Assembly (NCBI GenBank): GCA_038209745.1
Contig: JBBQXJ010000068.1
Coordinates: 1 to 26,220 of the forward strand
DNA length: 26,220 bases
DNA from: Verrucomicrobiota bacterium
GTDB taxonomy: Bacteria; Verrucomicrobiota; Verrucomicrobiia; Limisphaerales; CANJSG01
Direction of reading: 5' to 3'
The notes below the pieces were generated by a model, which ran no database searches, was not told the origin of the DNA, and was given only the letters and a program-made list of their open reading frames with translations. Shown one piece after another: positions 8,740 to 20,116 of the stretch; positions within the stretch are counted from its first letter, which is position 1, and each line of letters starts with the position of its first letter. The position numbers and the translations under genes are program-made.

Positions 8740-10587
8740 ATGGCCGGATTATCCAAACAGACTGCGGGATTGTTGGTGGTGGGAGGAATCGTCGTCGGCA
8801 CCGTGGCGGGCCGCTGGTGGGACCGGACGCGTCAGGTCGCGCCACAGACCGACAAGGCTCAAATCCATGCGAACGCTTCGCCGGTGGCCGGGGTCCGTCG
8901 GAACGAGCCGCTTCCACCGCCGGATTTCGCGGTGGTGGAGAAGGCCCAGCTGCAGTTGGTCTCTCTCTTCGAGAGCGCGCAACCGGACGCGAGGGAAGTG
9001 GAGGTCCGCCGGGTCCTCAGCCGCATTACCGCTTCCGAACTGCGCGAACTGGGGAGCCGGATCATCGCGTCCACGAACGTGGCTTCGTGGGGTCGTCCCG
9101 ACCGGTCGTTGGAAGAGTTCCTCTTTGAGCGGTTGGGAGCCGAGTTCGGTGGCGGGTTCGAGACCTTGTTGAAGACGATCCCATTTGACGCCCGTCCGAG
9201 GCAAAACTTGGCGATCACGGCCGCATTGGACGGATGGATCGGTGCCGATGTCGCTGGTGCCTTGGAGCATTTCAAACAGCGCCCGTTGGACGACATGGCG
9301 GGACTGCTGGCCGCACGTCTTGCCGGCGTCTGGTGGGAGAAGGACTCGGCCGGATTCGTCGCCTACATGCGCGGTCTGCCTCGGGTGTATGAGGCGATGC
9401 CGGCGAAGAAGCAGTTGGTGGCAGTTTGGGCGGAGCATGATCCAGCGGCCGCGTTCGATTGGGCCTGGCACTACCTCGACAGCGAAAACCCGGAATACGC
9501 AAGTTTGGTGGCGGAAGCCTTTCACGGATGGGCCAAGCACAACATGGGAGAAGCCATCGGCGCTCTCCATTCGATGCCCGGTCTCAAGGAGCGCATGCAG
9601 CTGTCCGAGGCGATCGTGAGGAGTTTGGACGCCGACGAGAAAAACCGAGCCATGCGCGAGTTGCTCAAACTGCCGACCGGGCCACTCGATGGAATCTTTT
9701 TACCTGGGGAAGACCGGTCTTGGGCAGTGGATCCCAGCCTGTTTCTGAGATTGCTGATCCGAGCCGGCGAAACGAGACCCATGTCCGGATTCTACCTTGG
9801 GGAAGCACTGTGCCTTCTTGCAAAAGACGACCCGGCGCAAGCCTTGGCGCTGTTTCACGAGATTCCTGCCGAAAAGCGAGGCCAGCTTGGAATGATCGCC
9901 CCGAGACTGGTTGTTGGGCTTGCCGGATCGGACTTGGAGGCGTGCATTCGGTTCATGAGGCAGGATCTGAGTCCGGCGGGGTTGGAGTCGGCGTTGCCCG
10001 ATGTCATGTCGGCGGCCGCGAGGAAGGACCCGATCGCCGCCCTTCAGCTATTGGACTTGGCTCAAGAGGGTTGGAAGGCATCGCTTTGGAACCTATAGGG
10101 GACTGCGGTGGCCGACTCCGATCCCGAGAAGTTGAAGTCGTATCTCGCGTTCATGCCGCCGGGATCGGCGAATCCCATGCTGGTCGGGACGGCGGTGGCC
10201 AAGATGGCGGCGACGGACATGGCCCGGGCAGGTGAGTGGGCAGCGAGCCTGCCGCCCGGCGCTGCTCGGCTGGAAGCCTACCGAGTGCTCTCGGCGCAAC
10301 TCACCATCGCCAATCCCAAACAGACCGAACAGTGGCTTCAAACCATGCCGGACATCCCCGAACGCACCGCCGCCGTGTCGGACTTTGTGAGCAAGATGAC
10401 CTACAAGAACACGGAACTGGCCGTGCAATGGGCGTTGACGCTGCCGGACGTGGAGAAGAACCCTGAACCCTTCGAGCGGGCGGCGAAGTATTGGCTGCAA
10501 ACGCAACACGACAAAGCCGCCGAGTATTTTCGCCTCCACGAAGTGCCCGAGGCGCTCCGGTCCATCGTGCAGCCGCCGACGCGATGA
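8740..10587 (+). pseudogene. Membrane-anchored alpha-helical repeat protein interrupted by an in-frame TAG at 10096-10098
   Basis: ORFs 8740-10098 and 10108-10587 are in the same frame and separated only by TAG plus three codons (GTA). Both halves carry the same W...DPxAAxxW-type repeats (WAEHDPAAAFDWA, KDDPAQAL, RKDPIAAL, TDMARAGEWA, KNTELAVQWA). Confidence 0.7.
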
Positions 10588-10629
10588 ACCTTCGCCGAAG
10601 AGCCACGTTTCGGTTCTGTCTTCAGGGCG

Positions 10630-13080
10630 CTACTTGGCCGATCCACGCAAAGCTGCGGCGAGCTTCTGGGCCGTCGCATTCGAGGGATCGATCTTCAACG
10701 CGGCGTCAAACTGCTCCAGCGCGTCGGCGGGCCGGTTCAAGTGGTAGAGGGCGAGGCCGTAGTTCAAACGCGCTTCCAGAAAGCCGGGGCGCAGTCGGAC
10801 CGCCTCGGCGAAGTGTTCGCTCCCGGCGATCTCGTCTCCGGCCCGGGCCAGATCGAGTCCGACCAGGAACTGTGCATCCGGCGAGGTCGGATCGAGCCTC
10901 AGTGCTTCCGCCTGGTGCTGCCGCATCTCGTCCGTGCGCCCCAGTTGCTTGAGCGCCTGAGACAGGTCCAGATGGAGCATCGCGTCCGATGGATCGAGCC
11001 GGATGGCATCTAGGAAATTGGTCACGGCTTCGGAGTAACGACCCCGATCGTAACAAAACCGGGCCAAACCGCGGAGGCCCCCGGGAGTCAGGATCCGATG
11101 GCGCAACGCCTCCTCGAAATGCGCCTTGGCCTCGTTGGTCTGGCCGAGACTTTCCAGAGCATGCCCCAGCCCCAATTGGGCTTGGCCGAAGAGCGGCTTT
11201 TCCCGGATCGCGGCCGAAAAAACCTCTACCGCTTCCGTGAATCGCTTTTGCCCGCTCAGGACCTGTCCGAGACCATTGGCCGCCGACACGTTGCCGGGAT
11301 CGAGCCGCAGACATTTTTGCAATGCCGCGATCGCCTCGTCCGCCAGTCCCGCGTCGGAGCAATAGTGGCCGAGTGCTTCCCAGTGAGACGGATCATACGG
11401 GTCCAGCTCCGCCGCACGACGCCCGGCCACGACGGCCGCCTGCGCGATACCCGAATCTTCCAGCGCGGTCGCGTGGAGGGCCGTCGTCACCGGATCGTCG
11501 GGGGCGGCCGCGATCGCCCGGAGATACATCGGCTCCAGCGCCTTGAGCGCCGGTGGCCGCGTCGCCGGTTCCAGGGCCTGGATCTCGCGGGCGAGACGGG
11601 CCCGCTGTTCCGGTTGGTCCGCCTGCGCGGTGAACGGCGGATCGTTGATCCGTGCGAGAATGGTCAAGTCCGCCCGGTGCCGGTTCCAATCCGCCAAGGC
11701 CAATCGACCGGCGCATTGTTCCCTGGTCGGCCAAGACACATCGGGCGTCTGGCCCTGCTGCTTGGGCAGTTGATCCACGAGCGTGTCGGCGAGCGAACGG
11801 GCCAGCAGGTAATTGCCCTCGAACCGCAGGTGGACGTGTTCGTGGAACAGTTCACCCCCGGCGATTCCCCCCGGACTGGCCGAGTCGAGGATGCGGGCCG
11901 AGTCCACCAGCGCCACCCCGCGAGCGTGTTGGGCCGTGTCACGCAGGATCTGGTTCATCCTGCTGTCACAACGGAAGCGCAGCGCATCGAGGTCCCGCGC
12001 CTTTTGCAGCCGGCTGTAGGCTTCTTGTCCGCGTCCCAAAGCCAGCAGGCAGCGGCCCATCCGATAGTGCAGCTCGGCGAAGCGGTCGTCGGTGGATGCC
12101 GCCGTCATGAAGGCGTTCAGCGCTCCTGCCCAATCCTCCGCTTTCTGCGCCGCGCAACCGGCCGCGAACTGCCGTTCCCATCCGGCCAGCTGCGGCGATC
12201 CCAATCCTGCCCGGTGCATCGAGGCGAAGGGCGCGCAGTCCTTCAAGTTCACCGCCACGGTGCTCAAGACGACGGGCACGTCGTGGTCGGCGGCAAGCTT
12301 CAGAATGTCGCGGAGGTTTCTCTCGAAGTTCGCGTAGACGTCGGGCATCCGCCGGTCGTCTTCCGCCACTCGGTTCTCCGTGAACATGGTCATTCCGCCC
12401 CATTCGCTGCGCTGGGCCGGAGGCGGATTCAGACGGGACTTCAGCCCGTCCAGCAGCTGCCCGGTGCGCGTCGATTTCAGAGCCAGGCTGGCCCGGATCA
12501 GGGCCAAGGCCGGCACTTGCGGACCGAAGACGGTGCCGGCGCCATACGGTCCGACCACTTCGTTGTTCCCCATGTAGACCACCCAGGCATCGGCGTTCAG
12601 GCGCAGACAATCGCGGGCGATCGGCAGGATGGCGTGTGAATTGATTCCGGTCATCGCGGCATTCACCACTTCGAAACGCCGACCCGGAAACCGCTCTTCG
12701 AGCAGGATCCGCAGCGTCCGGGACAACCCAAAATTTGGATCAGGATCTCCAAAGGCCGCCGATTCGCCAAACACGACGATCCTGATCGTGTCGGCCGGCT
12801 TTTTCTGGTCCACGAGGAACGAGCGCGGCTGGCGGGCCAGCTCCTTGCCGAAGAACCGTTCCGCCACCCGGAGATTGGGAACGAACACCTCGCGGTCATG
12901 GAACCGTTCGCTCCGCAGAAACCCGGTCGAGATGCCGTAGCCCGCCAACCGAAGTCCTCCTTCCAACAGACCGAGAAACACCGCCGGGACCAGCACGGCC
13001 GCCAGCCCGCGGAACAGCCAGACCCTCGCCGACCTTTTCGGGGCAGGCGACGGCGGACGCTGCTTTGACCTGCGCGACAT
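10630..13080 (-). CDS. Membrane-anchored SGNH/GDSL-like hydrolase domain plus multiple TPRs
   Basis: Likely start ATG 13080 (MSRRSKQ). N-terminal TM (LLEGGLRLAGYG), block I IVVFGES, block III YMGNNE, block V EHVH, then many TPR units at the C-terminus. Confidence 0.85.
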   Translation of the reverse strand: MSRRSKQRPPSPAPKRSARVWLFRGLAAVLVPAVFLGLLEGGLRLAGYGISTGFLRSERFHDREVFVPNLRVAERFFGKELARQPRSFLVDQKKPADTIRIVVFGESAAFGDPDPNFGLSRTLRILLEERFPGRRFEVVNAAMTGINSHAILPIARDCLRLNADAWVVYMGNNEVVGPYGAGTVFGPQVPALALIRASLALKSTRTGQLLDGLKSRLNPPPAQRSEWGGMTMFTENRVAEDDRRMPDVYANFERNLRDILKLAADHDVPVVLSTVAVNLKDCAPFASMHRAGLGSPQLAGWERQFAAGCAAQKAEDWAGALNAFMTAASTDDRFAELHYRMGRCLLALGRGQEAYSRLQKARDLDALRFRCDSRMNQILRDTAQHARGVALVDSARILDSASPGGIAGGELFHEHVHLRFEGNYLLARSLADTLVDQLPKQQGQTPDVSWPTREQCAGRLALADWNRHRADLTILARINDPPFTAQADQPEQRARLAREIQALEPATRPPALKALEPMYLRAIAAAPDDPVTTALHATALEDSGIAQAAVVAGRRAAELDPYDPSHWEALGHYCSDAGLADEAIAALQKCLRLDPGNVSAANGLGQVLSGQKRFTEAVEVFSAAIREKPLFGQAQLGLGHALESLGQTNEAKAHFEEALRHRILTPGGLRGLARFCYDRGRYSEAVTNFLDAIRLDPSDAMLHLDLSQALKQLGRTDEMRQHQAEALRLDPTSPDAQFLVGLDLARAGDEIAGSEHFAEAVRLRPGFLEARLNYGLALYHLNRPADALEQFDAALKIDPSNATAQKLAAALRGSAK

Positions 13081-13201
13081 GGTGCGGGTTCTACGCGGAA
13101 CCCCCGACCTTGGGCCATTCACAAATGAGGTTCTCAACCTGCGACGGATCCGCCTTCGCGCTTCCGTCCGTCGCTTTCGCCCGGCAATGTTTCTCAAAAT
13201 C

Positions 13202-14152
13202 ATGAGCAATCAATCAGCGCCCAAGACCGCCAAATGGCCCTTCCTCCTCGGAGACGTTCTCCTTTTGGGCACGGCGGCCTGGGTTGCCACGGTGGCCGCG
13301 CGGCCGCTCGGTCCGTGGCAGACCGTCACCATCGTCGCCGCCGTGGCCATCGGTGGGTGGATGTTCATCCAGCCCTTTCTCCGCGACCACGAAGCCGCGT
13401 CCGAACTGGAGGAGCTCAACCGCCTCAGCGGAGCCGCCGCCCAGATCAACAAAGTGGAGGACGCCGCCGACCGCATCGGGCGTGCCTCGGAGAACTGGCA
13501 GACCATCCAGGAGACGGCAGGCCAGACGTTGGAATCCCTTAAGGCGATCTCCGACCACATGAGCAAGGAAGCCCGGGATTTCCAGCAGTTCATCCAGCGG
13601 GCCGGGGACTCCGAGAAGACGATGTTGAAGCTCGAGATCGAGAAGCTGCGCCGAGTGGAAGGCGAATGGATCCAGGTCACCGTCCGGATGCTCGACCACG
13701 TCTTCGCGCTCTTCACGGGAGCCCAGCGTTCGGGTCAAGCCCCGCTGATCGAACAAGTGGGCAACTTCCAGTCCGCCTGTCTCGACGCCACCCGTCGCAT
13801 TGGCCTGAACCCCTTCGCCGCCAAGCCTGGCGAACCCTTCGACATGGCGAGGCATCGGATGGTGGACGGCTCGTCGCCCGAAGCCGGGGCTCCCATCGGC
13901 GACACCTTGGCGCCCGGCTTCACGTTCCAAGGCCAAGTCATCCGCCAGGCCATCGTCGCTCTCGTCGTGGGACAGCCGGAGCCGATGATGCCCGACGAAA
14001 ACCCTTCGGACTTTGTGGAACCGGAAGGGGAATTCATGCCATCCCCCGCCGACACCGACCTCGACGACGAGCCCGTGGCATCGGCACCTGATCCTGGCGA
14101 AGACTCGGACCCGGGCAAACCGGCCAGCGGCAACCAGTCGTTCCTGCTTTGA
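13202..14152 (+). CDS. Membrane-anchored GrpE-like protein
   Basis: Likely start ATG 13202 (or 13187). Two TM helices, a long coiled coil, a GrpE-like head (GEPFDMARHRMV...TLAPGFTFQGQVIRQAIVALV) and an acidic tail. Confidence 0.75.
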   Translation: MSNQSAPKTAKWPFLLGDVLLLGTAAWVATVAARPLGPWQTVTIVAAVAIGGWMFIQPFLRDHEAASELEELNRLSGAAAQINKVEDAADRIGRASENWQTIQETAGQTLESLKAISDHMSKEARDFQQFIQRAGDSEKTMLKLEIEKLRRVEGEWIQVTVRMLDHVFALFTGAQRSGQAPLIEQVGNFQSACLDATRRIGLNPFAAKPGEPFDMARHRMVDGSSPEAGAPIGDTLAPGFTFQGQVIRQAIVALVVGQPEPMMPDENPSDFVEPEGEFMPSPADTDLDDEPVASAPDPGEDSDPGKPASGNQSFLL

Positions 14153-14403
14153 GTCACCGGGGCCAACCCGCCCCGGTGTCAAAAATTTTGAGGCAAAAGG
14201 CCGGAGGGGAGGGCTTGGGAGAGGATGTGCTTTTCGCTGACTCCCAGTTCATGAATGCCCATTTCTCCTGCGCTCTCGCCGTTCTGGTCGAACCGGGAGA
14301 GTGGGTTTGCCTCACGCGCTCGGTGGCTTCTCCCGGAGGCCTGTCCGCTCTGATTCTATTGGATGGGGCGATTCCGGCGGCGGCTCGGGTCGCGCCGGCG
14401 ACG

Positions 14404-14435
14404 GAAAAGCCGCAGCCCGAAAACGGGCTGCGGCT
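14404..14435 (-). terminator. Intrinsic terminator of nrdJ
   Basis: Perfect 12-bp stem AGCCGCAGCCCG-N4-CGGGCTGCGGCT followed by a short T run on the minus strand, 27 nt after the nrdJ stop. Confidence 0.75.
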
Positions 14436-14462
14436 GTGCGGCACGACCGTGTAGGCCTGGGC

Positions 14463-17546
<3,084 letters not shown>

Positions 17547-17669
17547 GGCGTTACCTTGTTGTTGAGGCGGTTGTTTGGGTTAAAAACTGTGCTCCTTTGC
17601 GGGTGACCACAAGGGAGCAAAAAAAGCCTAACTTTAACGGGATTTTAAAAACGTCTTTTCTGGTAAAAG

Positions 17670-17722
17670 ACCCTTCCTGTTGGGCTCGGCGGTGACGGTA
17701 GCACTATTAGTAGTGTCGTAAA
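17670..17722 (-). promoter_or_regulatory. nrdJ promoter with two NrdR-box-like operators
   Basis: Minus strand reads TTTACG-[ACACTACTAATAGTGC]-TACCGT. The 16-nt spacer (17701-17716) is itself an NrdR-box-like palindrome. A second, weaker box GCCCAACAGGAAGGGT at 17670-17685 is offset by 31 bp. Confidence 0.7.
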
Positions 17723-18168
17723 GAAATTTTGAGCCCGGTCGATAAGTGGCCACGAAAAGTGCCAGATTTGCGGGCGTTTCAGCCCGAAAAATCTGGCGGG
17801 AGGCCCTCTTGAAGCCACCGTGAAACTGCCGGTCCAAGACTGCGTATTTGAAACGGTTTTCTCTCTTGTGCGGGGTAAATCTCTCATCGAGAACGCTCTT
17901 CGCGATGAGACTCGTCCGGTACGAGGTGCTGGGCACAAAGCGAAACCCATTCGAGGATTTCGGCACGATCCGCTTCGGTGCCTCCGGAAATCTCGCACCG
18001 CCCCCCGGATCGCACCTTTAGGCGGGCTTGGCCAAAGGGTATGGCAGCGGCAAAGACCTTTTCTTTGGGGGCATGTCCGAGTCGAAAATGCAACGTCATG
18101 AATGGATCTTGGACCGCTTGACCGGACAACTGCGGTCCGACCCCAAGTTTCACTGGCAATATCGCAGC

Positions 18169-18208
18169 AAATAAAAGCCGGTCGGGACCACCTAGGTCTC
18201 GACCGGCT
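18169..18208 (-). terminator. Intrinsic terminator (of pyrF and/or a small RNA)
   Basis: Minus strand reads AGCCGGTCG-a-GACC-taggt-GGTC-c-CGACCGGCT followed by TTTATTT. Confidence 0.75.
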
Positions 18209-18386
18209 CAAGTATCTATTTTGGATAGAAGTTTTGTCTCTTATTTGGGCGTCTGTGTCTTGTTTAAATACGGTTAACGAATAACTAAGCCTATTCTTTG
18301 GCGCAATAGCTTTTTTCAAGAAAAGGCGAATTCAATTCCACGCCAGTTGCCTGACACTGGGACGTTGCACTTTCCGGGCTTTGACG

Positions 18387-19091
18387 TCATCCGAGAGAGG
18401 CCAGAATCGACTCTGCAGCCGCCCTTGGATTGGCGGCTGCGTGGATGGGTCGGCCCACGACGAGCCACGTTGCGCCTGCATCGATCGCCTGTCGGGGCGT
18501 GAGAGTGCGTTTTTGATCGTCGCCGGCTGCGCCTGCCGGCCGGATGCCCGGAGTTACGAACTGCATGTCTCCGGGCAGGATCTGGCGAAGTCCGACCAGC
18601 TCCAACGGGGAACAGACCAGCCCGCGAAGGCCCGCGGCTGCGGCCAACCTGGCGAGCCTTTCTACTTGCCGTCCCACGTTTTCATCGGCACCGACCGCTG
18701 CGAGATCCGCGCTTTCCAAGCTGGTCAACACCGTCACCGCCAGGACCAGTGGGTCCGGGCGACCGAGACGGCGGGCGGTTTCACGGGCAGCGGTTTCAGC
18801 CGCCTGCAACATCGCGGATCCGCCGCTGGCGTGGACGGTCAACATCTGGACATCGAGGCGCACGGCGGCTTCGACCGCCTTGGCCACGGTGTTTGGGATG
18901 TCATGGAACTTGAGGTCCAGAAACACGGCCGCGCCTGTATCACGGATGCGTCGGACGATGTCCGGTCCGGCGCTGACGAAAAGCTCCTTGCCGATCTTGA
19001 AGGCTCCGACGGCGGGCGCCACTTCGGCGGCGAGTTTGAGAGCGGCCTCCGGCGTCGGGACATCCAGGGCGGCGATGATCGGATTGCGCAT
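18387..19091 (-). CDS. pyrF: Orotidine-5'-phosphate decarboxylase
   Basis: From ATG 19091: MRNPIIAALD, FKIGKELF, FLDLKFHDIPNTV, TVHASGG, VTVLTS, VTPGIRP, DDQKR, VVGRPI. Confidence 0.98.
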   Translation of the reverse strand: MRNPIIAALDVPTPEAALKLAAEVAPAVGAFKIGKELFVSAGPDIVRRIRDTGAAVFLDLKFHDIPNTVAKAVEAAVRLDVQMLTVHASGGSAMLQAAETAARETARRLGRPDPLVLAVTVLTSLESADLAAVGADENVGRQVERLARLAAAAGLRGLVCSPLELVGLRQILPGDMQFVTPGIRPAGAAGDDQKRTLTPRQAIDAGATWLVVGRPIHAAANPRAAAESILASLG

Positions 19092-19180
19092 GGGCGAGAT
19101 AGAGCCAGAGGAGCGGGCTGGATTCAACCCGCGCAAAATGGCGTTTGCCATGTTTGGCGACATCACTGAGCCTCGGGCGC

Positions 19181-19438
19181 ATGCCCATTCCGGAAGGCCC
19201 AGCGAATTTGACGGCGGACCAGGTCAAGGCCCTGACTTCGGGTTTTTCGCACATGCGTCACCAGATCAACAACCACCTGTCGTTGATCATGGCCTCAGCC
19301 GAGCTCATCAAGATGAAGCCGGACATGGCGGAGAAGCTCACGAAGTCCATCGTGGACCAGCCGAGCAAGATCACCCACGAAATCGGGCACTTCTCGCAGA
19401 CCCTCGAAAAGGCGCTGCGCGACGGCGGCGCATCCTGA
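19181..19438 (+). CDS. Stand-alone HisKA/DHp-like small protein (85 aa)
   Basis: From ATG 19181. H-box-like SHMRHQINNHLSLIMASAEL followed by a second helix. No ATPase (CA) domain. Confidence 0.7.
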   Translation: MPIPEGPANLTADQVKALTSGFSHMRHQINNHLSLIMASAELIKMKPDMAEKLTKSIVDQPSKITHEIGHFSQTLEKALRDGGAS

Positions 19439-19499
19439 TCGCTCACCGTCGCCGTTCGGACCGAGCGATTGATGCGAAGAAGTCCATTCGTGGTGTGGC

Positions 19500-19525
19500 T
19501 GTAACCTTTTCAAGGAGACTCCGTC
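19500..19525 (+). promoter_or_regulatory. Putative ECF sigma promoter TGTAAC-N16-CGTC
   Basis: Lies 43 nt before ATG 19569. The AAC/CGT cores are typical of ECF promoters. A second copy is at 20715-20741. Confidence 0.65.
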
Positions 19526-19568
19526 TGGTGGTTTAGCCGGTTAACAACCATCAACTCCGGCCGAATTC

Positions 19569-20051
19569 ATGAAAACAAAACATATTCTCGGTCTCGCCGT
19601 CGGAATCATCGCCCTCGGTTTCACATCAAACCTTCGCGCGGAAGACGCGGCAAAGCCCCCTGCGGATCTCAAGGCAAAGGTCGAAGAGTTGCGCGGTCTC
19701 CCTCCCGAAGAACGCCGCGTCAAGCAACGGGAGCTCATGCAGAGCCTCACTCCCGAGCAGCGGAAGGAACTCCGTGCGTCCATCCAGAAGCACCAACACG
19801 GAGCCGTCCACCCCGACGCCAATGGAAAGAAGCGTTCCGAGCTGACTTCGGAACAGGCCGAGGCGCGCAAGAAAAAAGCGGCTGAACGCTTAACGGTGCT
19901 CGAGAAGAAGAAAGCCGACGGCACGATCACGGAGCAGGAATCCAAGCAGCTGGAACGGATGAAGACCGCCCAGGAGCGTGTCAAAGCAGGCAAGAAAAAG
20001 GCGGCGCGCGCGACAGAGAAGACCCCGGCCAAGGAAGAACCGAAGCCCTGA
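19569..20051 (+). CDS. Secreted Lys/Glu-rich helical protein with LTxxQ motifs (Spy/CpxP-like)
   Basis: Sec signal MKTKHILGLAVGIIALGFTSNLRA|E, LTPEQ and LTSEQ motifs, His patch KHQHGAVH. Confidence 0.75.
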   Translation: MKTKHILGLAVGIIALGFTSNLRAEDAAKPPADLKAKVEELRGLPPEERRVKQRELMQSLTPEQRKELRASIQKHQHGAVHPDANGKKRSELTSEQAEARKKKAAERLTVLEKKKADGTITEQESKQLERMKTAQERVKAGKKKAARATEKTPAKEEPKP

Positions 20052-20073
20052 GATCCGGTCTCCCTCGCTCATC

Positions 20074-20110
20074 GAAGCCATCGTCCCCGGGGCGATGGCT
20101 TTCTTCTTTT
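20074..20110 (+). terminator. Intrinsic terminator after the secreted protein gene
   Basis: AAGCCATCG-tccccgggg-CGATGGCTT followed by TCTTCTTTT. Confidence 0.75.
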
Positions 20111-20116
20111 GACAAG

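Noticed and set aside
10096..10098. Pyrrolysine or alternative genetic code at the TAG
   Set aside because: TAG ends several conserved genes in this window at the expected positions, and no pyl genes are seen.
17900..17948. Hammerhead-like look (GATGAG...CGAAAC)
   Set aside because: Lacks the invariant CUGANGA core and a proper stem II closing next to GAAA.
18361..18381. GGAAAGTGCAAC on the minus strand, resembling RNase P RNA
   Set aside because: The flanking universal elements (GAGGAAAGUCC and the 3' AGAA..CGGCUUA) are absent.
17547..18386. Cobalamin riboswitch or nrdR gene upstream of nrdJ
   Set aside because: No recognisable GGGAA..GCCACTG/B12-box core. None of the ORFs here (17634-17966, 17645-18319, 17820-18101, 17884-18159) has the NrdR CxxC zinc ribbon or ATP cone.
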